Positions 25,717-36,033 of a DNA stretch of 57,010 nucleotides are shown piece after piece. Position numbers and translations under genes: made by a program. Positions within the stretch are counted from its first letter, which is position 1. The number at the start of each line of letters is the position of its first letter. The notes beneath the pieces were generated by a model. The model was given only the letters and a program-made list of their open reading frames with translations. It was not told the origin of the DNA and searched no databases. The stretch is from Bacteroidota bacterium (GTDB lineage: Bacteria; Bacteroidota; Bacteroidia; B-17B0; Aurantibacillaceae): assembly GCA_043749245.1 (NCBI GenBank), contig JAYVDU010000565.1, forward strand, positions 1 through 57,010. The letters are read 5' to 3'.

Positions 25717-27270
25717 TTAATTTATTTTAAATAATTCCCCCACTTTAAATTCTTTCAAATTAGAAACAGCTTGATATTTTTGAATTTTCTCCATACTCGC
25801 TTTTAATTTTTGAGATTCTTTTTCTCCAATACCCATAAATTTAGACATCATTTTTAAATTAGATTTATCTTTTATATCAAACAATATAGCTGTTTCACAC
25901 ATTGTAGAAAAATCGAATGATGGTTGATTAAACTCTTCGATGCCTTGAGATAATAATACCACAGAAACCCCTTTAGAACGAATTTCACGCAATATTCTTT
26001 CTAACAACTCTTGAGATTTTTTTTGTTTAAAAATCACATGAGCTTCATCAATTAATAAAACATAACGCATGCTCTGAATATTGTTTTCAATAGGTGCGTT
26101 AGGCATATTCATAAATGTATTATAAATATAATTAATGATTAAAAACACAGATGTAAAACGTATTTCAGAAGGTAAATCACCAGATAAACTTAAATATACA
26201 TTTGAGTTTAAGAAATTCTTTTTAGGGTCAACTTTATTTTCAAATAACTCTAAATCACTTAAACTTTGAAGTATTTGAGATAATGAACTAGGCTTAGTCC
26301 CTTCAGAATTCAAAACTTCGACATATATATCTTTTAATGAAGGATAAACACCTGCCTTTTTACTATCAAATGCGGCGCGTGTTGCATCTTTTAATGTTTG
26401 TTGTTGTACTTTACCTAAGTTTGCATATTGTGAAATTATATCGACAAATTTATTAATGCCCATTATTTTATTCTTATCGTTTATGTTATCTATAAATGAT
26501 AATGGGTTAATTGGAAATGGCGTATGAGGTGCATCAATATATGAAGCTCCTGTTTTATCAAAGAAAGGTTTTAATGCTTTTTCATCTTCTTTTTTTAAAC
26601 CTTTAAAATCTAAGTAAATGAAATTTACTGCGCCTTTTGATTTATCAACTATTTGTTTAAGGAAACTATTTGCAAAATAAGTTTTACCTGTGCCTGAATT
26701 ACCCGCAATTGCAACGTGAGCATTGTTGTGAATTGATAAATCATTTAAGTTAAAATGAATTGGGGCATCTGTAGTTATATCTTTGCCAATTAATAATTTT
26801 ATTAACCCAGCGTAATGCGTTTTTGTAATTGTTTGATTATTATTTTTAACATGGTCTGGATTAAATGAAACTTCTTCCATGCCACCAATTCCTCTTTCGA
26901 TATTTTCAATTAAAAAATCAAGCCCAGTGTAATTTTTATTTACTTCAAACAACTTATAAATTAATTCTAAGCCGTTATCAATATGCATCTTTATGTATTT
27001 ACCAATATTTGGGTCGGTTTTATATAAGCCATATTGTTGGCAAATAATTGAAATGTAATAATCACGATATTTACCAAATAAAATATCGTCTTTGTATTCT
27101 TTTCCTTTACTATCCTTTAAATCTTTTTCTAAACTTAAAACCATACCTTTTGATATTGAGTATGAAAACGCAATTCTTGAAACATAATTTTCTGTCCCAA
27201 GATTCATTTTTTTAGTTAGCTCCTGAACTACTGCTTTATTGGCTTCTGATGTTCTTAAATTAATTAGCAT
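25717..27270 (-). CDS. dndE: DndE-like N-terminal domain fused to a HerA/FtsK-type P-loop ATPase
   Basis: N-terminus MLINLRTSEANKAVVQELTKKMNLGTENYVSRIAFSYSISKG resembles DndE. Then Walker A VAIAGNSGTGKTYF and Walker B YVLLIDEAH. Overlaps the dndD stop. Confidence 0.65.
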   Translation of the reverse strand: MLINLRTSEANKAVVQELTKKMNLGTENYVSRIAFSYSISKGMVLSLEKDLKDSKGKEYKDDILFGKYRDYYISIICQQYGLYKTDPNIGKYIKMHIDNGLELIYKLFEVNKNYTGLDFLIENIERGIGGMEEVSFNPDHVKNNNQTITKTHYAGLIKLLIGKDITTDAPIHFNLNDLSIHNNAHVAIAGNSGTGKTYFANSFLKQIVDKSKGAVNFIYLDFKGLKKEDEKALKPFFDKTGASYIDAPHTPFPINPLSFIDNINDKNKIMGINKFVDIISQYANLGKVQQQTLKDATRAAFDSKKAGVYPSLKDIYVEVLNSEGTKPSSLSQILQSLSDLELFENKVDPKKNFLNSNVYLSLSGDLPSEIRFTSVFLIINYIYNTFMNMPNAPIENNIQSMRYVLLIDEAHVIFKQKKSQELLERILREIRSKGVSVVLLSQGIEEFNQPSFDFSTMCETAILFDIKDKSNLKMMSKFMGIGEKESQKLKASMEKIQKYQAVSNLKEFKVGELFKIN

Positions 27271-29356
27271 CGCTGTACATTTTGTTATACGTTTTTATAA
27301 AACGTTTAGGTTCTACTTGCAAAAATTCCGAACTGTCTTCGTGAACATTAGTAATCAAATATGTTTTAGATATATTTGGTTCTAACATATCAAATTCTTT
27401 CTGCGTTAATTCTTTATTTATTAAAGGGAATATTACTACTTGGTCTGATACTTTAGGATAGAAGTGTTTTACGATGTTCTCTGAATGTTGTTCATCAAAT
27501 TTTTGCATTGGAGAATCAATAAATACAGGAAAGTCAATATTAGATTCTTCAACTAAACCACTTAATAGAGATGTAGCATACATTTGTTGTTCACCTTTAG
27601 ATAAAGTTTCTTTTTTAATTTCTTCCTTTCTGCCATTAAATAATCTTATATCAATATCATCTCCAATAATATCAACTTGAACTTTTTTCACAAATCCTTT
27701 TTTATGCATTAATGTTCCTAGTCCTTTTAAAATTTGTTTTTCGAGCGATACTTTTTTATTTTCTTTAAATTGTTGAATGAACTCTTTAAGGTTAGATATT
27801 TGAGCAGTAACAAGAGCATCTTTTTCTTTATTTACTTTCGATACATCTAATTTTTGAGCAATTTCTTGAATTTTTTTATTGATTTGAATTTTACTATTAC
27901 TTTTCTCTCCTTTTTCAAAAATCAAATCTTCACATTTTTTTTCAAGTTGAAAAATCTCATTATCTAAATTTTCTTTTCGACTGCGGTATTCTGCAATAAT
28001 AATATCTTCTGAATTAGCCTCTGCATCTCTTAACTTTTTTCTAACCAAATTCAATTCGTTTTTCGCTTGATTTACATCTCCTGTTATACGCTTAAACGAT
28101 TCTTTAAATGATAAACGGATGCTACTTAATAAGGCATTTAATTCGCTTTTTTCAGAATCTGAGTAATCATGTATTGTTTTGAAATCAGAGTTTAATTCAG
28201 GGGCATCAGCAAAAAAATGTTTTTTAATTAATTTCTCAAATAAATTTGCATAATATGTATGAACATTATGTTCTATGACAATTTCTGCGGGTCTTTTTTC
28301 ATTAAATAAATCATTTAAAACTTTATCAGTAGTTCCTTTAATATTTTCTTGTTGATATTTTTGCTTTTTAAAATTAGACTCATTTTCGACTTGTACTGCC
28401 ACATCAGAAAATTTAGAACCTGCAATTGCAAAAGGAATTATCTCGAATTGCTCTTTTAATTCAGCCATGTGGCTGTCTAATTTCGAGTTTAAATCAACTT
28501 CTTTTGAACGAAGTTTGTTTAATTCTTCAACCGTAATAGCACTACCTGCACGAATTAATTTCTCTTGAATATCGTTTGATTCTTTTCTTTTTTCAAGAAT
28601 TTGTTCTTTTGATTCTTTTATTTTAGTGTCGCTAGCATTATTTGATATATCAATCTTATCACTGCTTGCTTTTAAATTAACAAGTTCTTCTTTTTCTTTA
28701 TCGCTTGCTGAATCTTGACGAAGCTTTAATTGTAATTCTTCTAAATTACCTTTTAATTCCTCATATTTTTTAATGCCTAAAACCTCGCTATAAGCTTCAC
28801 TTAATTTTCTTCTTTGTTCAGGGGTATTTATTTCAGCAAGAGCTGTGATTTTTTCAGCATCAAAAAAGAAAAATTTTGCAATTTCCTTGGGCAAAATATA
28901 ATCACGAATAAAATATTCGGGCCCAAGTTCATTAGATAATTCACTTGGAATTCCATCAATTAAAATTTCAACAGTTTCTCCTGTTGTTGTTTCAATATCA
29001 TAAGTGCGTTTAATTTTTATTTCTTTACAAGGCAAGTCTGGAATATTTAACTTGTTAAATGTTATAGCTACATGAAACTGGGTTTCTCCTTTAACTTTGG
29101 CTAAACGGTTTAATGAATTTATAATATATTTATTATATCCGCCCTGATCCCCAATTTCTTTTAAATAAAGGTCGTCAACTTCCTGCATTTGTTTACCTTA
29201 TAAGCACCAAACCAGCGACATTAAAAAAGTTGTTTTACCAAAACCATTACGCCCACTGATTAGGAATATGTTTTTTGATTCTTCTGGGGTCAAATCAATA
29301 GTGTTAGAACCTTTATATATTCTAAAATTATCGAGTTCAATTTCTTTAATAAACAT
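27260..29356 (-). pseudogene. dndD: dndD (SMC/ABC-like ATPase) interrupted by an in-frame TAA at codon 53
   Basis: My translation from ATG 29356: MFIKEIELDNFRIYKGSNTIDLTPEESKNIFLISGRNGFGKTTFLMSLVWCL*GKQMQEVDD... The stop is at 29198-29200 and the frame continues unbroken to 27260. C-terminal LSKGEQQ signature and VFIDSP Walker B are present. Confidence 0.8.
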
Positions 29357-29902
29357 ATTATTTTTTCTTTTTATTATCTTTTAAATAAACATCCAACACA
29401 TTCTCTAAATGGTTAGCCTATTCACAATTTTTTTTTACAAAAATCTTTTTTGCCCTGTGCTTCCTTAATTTTAAAGAACGATTTTTTTTAATCACTACCG
29501 TAAATATACATAAAAATACTTTTAATTCGATGGTGGTGTGTGTGGTATGCGTAAATACCATTATTCTTTTGTTTGTCTTGTATCTCCTACTTTTGTATAG
29601 GTTTGTTCTCTTAGTAAATAAAAATCATGCAATTTATACACCGCTTAACTGCCTGTTTATAAATACGTTTTGCAATACACTAACATAAAATGACAACATT
29701 GGATATTAGCAAGTATCTATGTGTTAGTTTATCTTTGTAAAAAAATATACACCAATGACACATACATATTATCAAACCACAGATTCAGCTCCTACTACGT
29801 TTATGGGGTCGTTATTTTTATACTTGTTTAATTTTTATTCCCCTTCTTTTTTTACAATCAACACCCTTTAATGGTTTCAATTATACTGCAACGATTCCGA
29901 TT

Positions 29903-30748
29903 ATGAATATCTTAAAAAATTCTTATGGCGTAACAGCCGTTTTCAAACAAAAAGTGTCAAATTTCCTTACGAATGGTGGGTTTACAGGCTCTTCTCTTAA
30001 CCGTATACCACAACGCAAAGAACCCAAACTCAAAACCATAGCCGAACTTTTGCAACCAACACCAACTAATACCGAAAAAAAAGAACGATGTATGTCAAGC
30101 AGAACAAAGTCAAAAATCAGAGCGAAGACAATTGCATTTTCTAAACTCTACAAAAAATTAAGTTTTATGACTTTAACCTTTGTGAATGAGGTAAGCGACG
30201 AACAAGGTGTTTTAATGCTTCGTAAGTTTTTGGACAACATGAAAAAAAGAAAAAAAGATTTTCAGTATTTGTGGGTAGCTGAAAAGCAAATAAACAACAA
30301 GGTGTTTAAAGACAATATCCATTTTCACATCATCACCAATAAATATTGGGATGTGGCTAAGTGTTGGAAGTATTGGGTTGATTTACAACAAAAGCATGGC
30401 ATTGTACCGCGCCATGAACAGTTTAAGGCATCGTCAGCCTTTGATGTCAAAGGTTTAGTATCAAATAATATCAAAGGGATTTCAACTTACATCACTAAAT
30501 ATATTACCAAAAATGCCAGTACGTTTAAATGCCAAGTGTGGAACTGCTCTAAAAAAATATCAGCGTTATACACAGGGTTTTATTCTGACGAATCTTTTTT
30601 AGAAAATATTAAACGAGTGCCTGATATTAAAATTACAGAGGTTACAAAGGATTATTGTGATCTCCATTACATACCGCTTAATAAAACAACGATGCATTTT
30701 TACGATTCCATAGAACGCCAAAATAAAAAGATGTGGGGTAAAATTTAA
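29903..30748 (+). CDS. HUH rolling-circle replication initiator (two-tyrosine, phiX174 gpA/Microviridae-VP4-like motif set)
   Basis: Motif I SFMTLTF, motif II (HUH) NIHFHIIT, motif III STYITKYITKN (Y-x-x-K-Y-x-x-K). Confidence 0.8.
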   Translation: MNILKNSYGVTAVFKQKVSNFLTNGGFTGSSLNRIPQRKEPKLKTIAELLQPTPTNTEKKERCMSSRTKSKIRAKTIAFSKLYKKLSFMTLTFVNEVSDEQGVLMLRKFLDNMKKRKKDFQYLWVAEKQINNKVFKDNIHFHIITNKYWDVAKCWKYWVDLQQKHGIVPRHEQFKASSAFDVKGLVSNNIKGISTYITKYITKNASTFKCQVWNCSKKISALYTGFYSDESFLENIKRVPDIKITEVTKDYCDLHYIPLNKTTMHFYDSIERQNKKMWGKI

Positions 30749-30783
30749 AAACGATTCTAATTAACCCCATACTAGACAAATTC

Positions 30784-31845
30784 TTATTGTTCTTTGTAAT
30801 GGTATCGTGTGCCTTTCAGTGTTCCTGTTTTAAATATCAAGGCTTCATTAGTAAGATAAGTTAAATCTTTTTTTAAGGTATTACGAGAGTAATGTTTAAA
30901 TGCTTCTTCTACTTCGCTCATTTGCACTTTCTTTTTCTTTTTAACGAATGATAAGATTTCTTGTTGCCTCTCGTTTACATCTTTTTTAAACTTACTATAT
31001 TGCTCATATTTCGCTTCCAATCGTTGCGTGAGTGTTATTAAGCAATCCATAAAGAATAACATCCACTGATCTATTTTTTCCGTTTTCTTGTATCGGTTTT
31101 TCTGACCATCCATCAAAGCCCTATAATAATCATCTTTTCGTTCTTCTATAATATGCTCAAAGGAAACGTATTGTGTAAATTCATAACCCTGTTGCATTAA
31201 TAACAACGTGGTTAAAAGCCTTGATAATCGACCGTTTCCATCTTGATATGGATGTATCGATAAAAACTCATAAACGAAAGCTCCTGTTATCATAATGGGG
31301 TGCATATCTACTTTTTCAAAACGCTCATTAACCCACAACAATAACTCTTCCATTTCTTTTGCTGTTAATGCTGGGTCGGTTGTTTTAAAAATAGTTCGAT
31401 GTGTCCCGTCAGGATAATTAGCTACAACTTGATTAGATAAGCGTTTATATTTGCCTTTATGGCTTTGGTCTTTGCCACTATGTTTTAATAAGATGCCATG
31501 TAGTTGATGTATATATCTTTCTGATAAAGTAATGTCTTTATAATTATCAAGTATTATGTGTAAGGTTTCGTAATAGCCGACAACCTCTTGTTGTTCTCTT
31601 GTGGTGAGCTTTGTTATTTTTACCGACTTCAATAATTTTTCTACTTCTGCATCTGTTAGGGTTGCCCCTTCAATACGAGTAGATGAGCCTATACTTTCTA
31701 TGGTCGCTATTTTTTTGAGTTCTTTTAAATGTTTGCTATGTTTTAATTCTATGGTTTCCCAATTCCCTCTAAAACGGTCAATGATACCTAACTGTTTCAT
31801 GATGTGCTGAAAAGTATCGCCTGTAAATTCTAATTTCTGTTTCAT
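30784..31845 (-). CDS. Fic-family protein with N-terminal autoinhibitory helix
   Basis: Fic active site HPYQDGNGRLSR. Inhibitory (S/T)xxxE(G/N) motif occurs as SSTRIEGA near the N-terminus. Confidence 0.9.
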   Translation of the reverse strand: MKQKLEFTGDTFQHIMKQLGIIDRFRGNWETIELKHSKHLKELKKIATIESIGSSTRIEGATLTDAEVEKLLKSVKITKLTTREQQEVVGYYETLHIILDNYKDITLSERYIHQLHGILLKHSGKDQSHKGKYKRLSNQVVANYPDGTHRTIFKTTDPALTAKEMEELLLWVNERFEKVDMHPIMITGAFVYEFLSIHPYQDGNGRLSRLLTTLLLMQQGYEFTQYVSFEHIIEERKDDYYRALMDGQKNRYKKTEKIDQWMLFFMDCLITLTQRLEAKYEQYSKFKKDVNERQQEILSFVKKKKKVQMSEVEEAFKHYSRNTLKKDLTYLTNEALIFKTGTLKGTRYHYKEQ

Positions 31846-31910
31846 GGTTATGTGCTTTTTATGGATATATCCAAAACGTATCCAAATATATCCAAATATA
31901 ATTTAAAATA

Positions 31911-32819
31911 TTAACTAAAAGGGTGATGCTTTAAGAGTGTATCGGTTAAGCTGTCGATTTCTTGTAGTTCAAATTTCTCGGTGCTACTAATGTATTTGTG
32001 TCCTGCCATATACTGTGCTTGTCTTTTGCCATATACTTTTATCCAATGGATAATAATACTGGTTCGTAGTTGTGATGCGTTGTGTACTTTTTGATTGATG
32101 CCTTTTAATTCGTTAAGGATACGATACAGGTGATTGTCGATGTTGCCGATAAATAGCGATTGGTTGTTAGTTGTTTGTTTTTGGTTGTTGGAGTTTTGTA
32201 ATTGTGGCAATCCTTCGTTGATGTATTTATAAAGTTGTAATATTTGATTGGGATACAATTTTAATTCTCTTGATGCACCACGCTTACACTTTGGTATATA
32301 GATAGTGCCATCGTTTAAATTAATGTGATCTAAGCTCATTTTAGCTATCTCGCCACTAATTGCGCCTTGCCATATTAATAAGCCTGTTAAAACGTTGTTT
32401 CTTTGCTTTACAAAAGGTGTTGTTGGATTATTTGTTTTTGGTTGTTGAAGCTTTAAGTACTGATTATATAATTGCTCAAGCTCTGTGTAAGATAAAATGT
32501 TTTGTGTAATGGTTTTTAGTTCGCCTTTTAGTTTTATTTTTTTGGTTGGATTTCTTTCAATGATACCAATGTGTTTGAGGTATTCGTAATATTTGCTTAG
32601 GCTGTTTAATCTTAGTTTAATGGTTTGTACTTTGATGTTATTGGTTTTTTGTTGTTTGATAAAGTTGAGTAATTCTAAGTAAGTGAGGTTATCTATGCTT
32701 GTGTATTGTTCCTGTGTTGCCCATGAATGAAAGCGTTTCATATTATTGATGTGTTCGCTAATGGTTCGTTGGCTTAGTTTTTCGGTTTGTAAATAGCTTG
32801 TGTAGCCTTCTAATTTCAT
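31911..32819 (-). CDS. Tyrosine-recombinase-fold protein with degenerate active site
   Basis: Start moved to MKLEGY (32819). Catalytic Arg box reads GAISGE, not G-x-R-x-x-E. The C-terminal box reads AGHKYISSTEKFE, with Phe where the nucleophile Tyr is expected. Confidence 0.65.
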   Translation of the reverse strand: MKLEGYTSYLQTEKLSQRTISEHINNMKRFHSWATQEQYTSIDNLTYLELLNFIKQQKTNNIKVQTIKLRLNSLSKYYEYLKHIGIIERNPTKKIKLKGELKTITQNILSYTELEQLYNQYLKLQQPKTNNPTTPFVKQRNNVLTGLLIWQGAISGEIAKMSLDHINLNDGTIYIPKCKRGASRELKLYPNQILQLYKYINEGLPQLQNSNNQKQTTNNQSLFIGNIDNHLYRILNELKGINQKVHNASQLRTSIIIHWIKVYGKRQAQYMAGHKYISSTEKFELQEIDSLTDTLLKHHPFS

Positions 32820-32857
32820 AGTAGATAAAGGATTAATGATGTAAGATGAATGATTGA

Positions 32858-33856
32858 TTATAATTGTGTGAGATTGCTTCGTTCCTCGCAATGACGCACT
32901 ATGTGAGTATATATTTGAGTTGATTCTAAACTACTATGTCCTAAAAATTTTGCAATGTCTTCTATTTTCATCCCGCTTTGTAAAAGGTGTGTTGCAATGG
33001 AGTGGCGGAATGTGTGTGTTGCAAAATCTTTTTCTATGCCTGTGAGTTCTTTTAAATAAGCGAAGCGTTGATAAAACGCATTCATGCGCTTGCCTTGCTG
33101 ATTAAGGAAAAAGGCTTCATCATCTGTGTTTTGTTTTTTATTTTTTATGTTTAGTTTTTTGTTTTTATAACTGCCGATGATATATGTACCGTTATTCATT
33201 AAAAACCATTCTCGCCCCTGTTCTAAATAATCTTTGATGTCTTGTAAATGTTTGCTTGCGATTGGTACATAGCGTTGTTTGTTTCCTTTGGCTTTTCTTA
33301 CGAATACTAAACCTTTATAAGTATCTATATCATATATATTTAAGCGTGTGCCTTCGTCTTTGCGTAATCCGCAACCATAAAACAGGGCTATGATGGCTCT
33401 ATCTCGCTGTCCTATTGCAAGTGTATTTTCTCGATGTGGTGTAAAGGTTGCTTCATACAAAAGTTTTATTTCTTCTTTGGTTAAAATTGTTTTTTCTAAA
33501 CTCGTTGATACTACTCGCTTTGGCGTGATGTCTAAAATATGTTTATCGGTGGCGTTGATATATTTTGCAAAGGTATTTACGGCGTTGATTATTTTATTTA
33601 TACTGCTTGTGCTTAATCCTGTGCCTGTTCGCGCGCTCTTACGTGTTTTGATGTATGTAATAAAATCGTATGTTCTTTTAGCTGTTACTTGATTGATTTG
33701 AGTTATATTTTTTTCTTGTAAGTAATATAAAAATTCTCGTACGTGTATTGGCCACGAGTTCGTGGTGGTTTCGGAGTAGCCTATGATTGCTAACCACTCT
33801 TTAAAGCTTTGTTCTAAATAAATGAAGGATGTGTTTGTGAGGGTTAAGTGTTTCAT
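32858..33856 (-). CDS. Tyrosine recombinase (XerC/D-like), canonical active site
   Basis: GCGLRKDEG (Arg I), THTFRHSIATHLL (H-x-x-R), LGHSSLESTQIYTHI (His, Tyr). Confidence 0.9.
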   Translation of the reverse strand: MKHLTLTNTSFIYLEQSFKEWLAIIGYSETTTNSWPIHVREFLYYLQEKNITQINQVTAKRTYDFITYIKTRKSARTGTGLSTSSINKIINAVNTFAKYINATDKHILDITPKRVVSTSLEKTILTKEEIKLLYEATFTPHRENTLAIGQRDRAIIALFYGCGLRKDEGTRLNIYDIDTYKGLVFVRKAKGNKQRYVPIASKHLQDIKDYLEQGREWFLMNNGTYIIGSYKNKKLNIKNKKQNTDDEAFFLNQQGKRMNAFYQRFAYLKELTGIEKDFATHTFRHSIATHLLQSGMKIEDIAKFLGHSSLESTQIYTHIVRHCEERSNLTQL

Positions 33857-33897
33857 GTTTTTTTAGGGGTGTGTAGTACTTTTGGTGTTTTATACAA

Positions 33898-35493
33898 CTA
33901 CTTCGCTTTTTCCTTTGTTGGCTTGGCTTTAAGTGGTTGTACTACCGATACAACCGCTTGCAACTGCTTAACTGCTTGGAGGCTTTTGGCATGACTTTGT
34001 TCTAATACTTTTTGTATGTGTTCTTCTAATACTTTGTATTCGTTGGGATTAGTGATACTATATGTAAATCCTTTTTTTTGATTGCCTGTATTTTTTTTGA
34101 TGTAACCGTTTTGTATTAAGCTTAACATGTGTTGCTTTTGGCTGTTGACATTGAGTTTATAGTGTTGCCGTACTTCTTTGGTTTTAAATTCAATATGTTG
34201 CTGTTCTTTTAAATATGTTTTTAGTAGTTCTAAATAGTTACGTGTGGCTCCGTTTAATTCATCTGACTTGCGTAATAAAATATGTTTGATTAATTCGTTG
34301 GCTTGCTGTATGTCTTCTATTGTAGTGGTAATAAAGATTTCGCCTGTGTCGGTGTTTACTTCTTCTTGCCGTTGGTATTGATTGTAAAACGTAATAGCTT
34401 CTATAAATTGTAAGTAGTGTGCATTGGTGCGACGCTTTTTAAATACTTCGTTTGGGAGTTGTAAATATTCGGCATAGGGATTTATAATGGTGACGGACTT
34501 TAACAGGCGTTGCGCATTTTGTAATAAATTTTTGGCTTTGTGTTCTTCTTCTTTATCTATTTTGCCTGCATAGCTCTTGCGTTGGTAATCCATAATTTTT
34601 GCGTCTTGCGCTTCGCTATCGTCTAAGTATATAAGGAATGAACGGTTTGCGTTGTCTTCGTATATCTGTTCGTCTGTTGTACATGAGCCAATGCAAACAG
34701 GGCCTTCTACTTTTTTAGTGATCGTAATGGTATCGCCTTTGCTATTTTTGTGTGATACTTCTTTGATGATGTATTTTTTAGATTGCAGTTCTCTGATTGG
34801 GTACATCGAGCTTTCAGCGCCTGTTAAGTCTTCGAGTAATATTAGTTTGTGTTTTAAAATGGTTTGTTCTTGATAGTAAAAACTATTAGGTGATAAGGCG
34901 GTGATTTCTTTTTTATCTTCTTCGGGGATGCATTGCGCTACTTTTTCTTGTAAATAACTCTTTCCTGTTCCGCTACTAGCAAGGGATATAATGTGTAGTG
35001 GGTTTTGTAGTTTGCGAGTTGTGAAAATTAGATACATAATGATGCGATTTGTTTCTTCGCCTACGATGCCAGAACGACCTAAGTAGTCAGATGTTAGATG
35101 TAAGAGGTTGTGTGTTTGTAAAAATTCTTTGGCTTCTTTAATTTCTTCTTCTGTGAGGGTTTTTGTTTTGATTTGTTGGTTTTTGGATTGCTCAATTTCT
35201 TTTAAACGATAGGCTTCGAGTTCATTAATTAAATTACCTATGGCTTTTTGTATGTATTGTATGCCTACTTCCAAGCCTTCGGCTGTTGTTTTGCAAAAGC
35301 GTTGTAGCGCAGAGTTGTTGTACAAATCAAGCGTATGGCGTTGCTCGCTATTAAAGTGCTTTACTTTGATGGTGGCTCGCATGTTGTTCATCACATCTAA
35401 CTTGATGCCTCCTAATACTTCAAAATGGATTTGTTCGTGGGAGTATAATAGGTGTTCGGGGTTGGTGGTGTTTAAGGTGGGGTTGGATTGCAT
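33898..35493 (-). CDS. P-loop NTPase, primase/helicase-like (D5/P4-type candidate)
   Basis: Walker A LASSGTGKSYL and Walker B-like KLILLEDL. Context is next to recombinases and a divergent XRE regulator. The family assignment is not verified. Confidence 0.5.
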   Translation of the reverse strand: MQSNPTLNTTNPEHLLYSHEQIHFEVLGGIKLDVMNNMRATIKVKHFNSEQRHTLDLYNNSALQRFCKTTAEGLEVGIQYIQKAIGNLINELEAYRLKEIEQSKNQQIKTKTLTEEEIKEAKEFLQTHNLLHLTSDYLGRSGIVGEETNRIIMYLIFTTRKLQNPLHIISLASSGTGKSYLQEKVAQCIPEEDKKEITALSPNSFYYQEQTILKHKLILLEDLTGAESSMYPIRELQSKKYIIKEVSHKNSKGDTITITKKVEGPVCIGSCTTDEQIYEDNANRSFLIYLDDSEAQDAKIMDYQRKSYAGKIDKEEEHKAKNLLQNAQRLLKSVTIINPYAEYLQLPNEVFKKRRTNAHYLQFIEAITFYNQYQRQEEVNTDTGEIFITTTIEDIQQANELIKHILLRKSDELNGATRNYLELLKTYLKEQQHIEFKTKEVRQHYKLNVNSQKQHMLSLIQNGYIKKNTGNQKKGFTYSITNPNEYKVLEEHIQKVLEQSHAKSLQAVKQLQAVVSVVQPLKAKPTKEKAK

Positions 35494-35658
35494 AATATAG
35501 GTTACTTTAATTGTTGATAATTTTAGATATAGTACTTATTGGTGACAAATATAATACATAGGTTTTAATCAAACAACACCTTTAGGATTTGCATAGCATA
35601 AATAAGTGTCTTATTTTTGCTTTTAATACCGCTTTAAGGTGTTTTTAATTACTTATTT

Positions 35659-35991
35659 ATGACTTTTGGAGAACGTATAACATACCAACGCAAGCAAAAA
35701 AAATGGTCGCAAGATGATTTAGCCAAAAAAATTGGCACCTCTGCGCCTATTATTGGGCGCTATGAGCGTGATGAGATTAAGCCTTCTATTGAAGTGGCTT
35801 CAAAGATTGCTGAGGAATTAGATGTTACTATTGATTACTTAATTAATGGGACTGCTATTTTACTTGATAAACATAATATCGAACGTTTACAGGATATACA
35901 AAAGTTGAACGACGACGATAAACAACATGTTTTAACTACGCTTGATGCGCTTTTAAGAGATGCTAAGGCTAGGAAGGCGTATGCTAAATAA
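35659..35991 (+). CDS. XRE-family HTH transcriptional regulator
   Basis: WSQDDLAKKIGTSAPIIGRYERDEIKPSIEVASKIAEEL is a canonical Cro/C1 HTH. Confidence 0.85.
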   Translation: MTFGERITYQRKQKKWSQDDLAKKIGTSAPIIGRYERDEIKPSIEVASKIAEELDVTIDYLINGTAILLDKHNIERLQDIQKLNDDDKQHVLTTLDALLRDAKARKAYAK

Positions 35992-36033
35992 TTATATACT
36001 TAAAAATTATTTACTTAAAACCGTTTGAACAAT

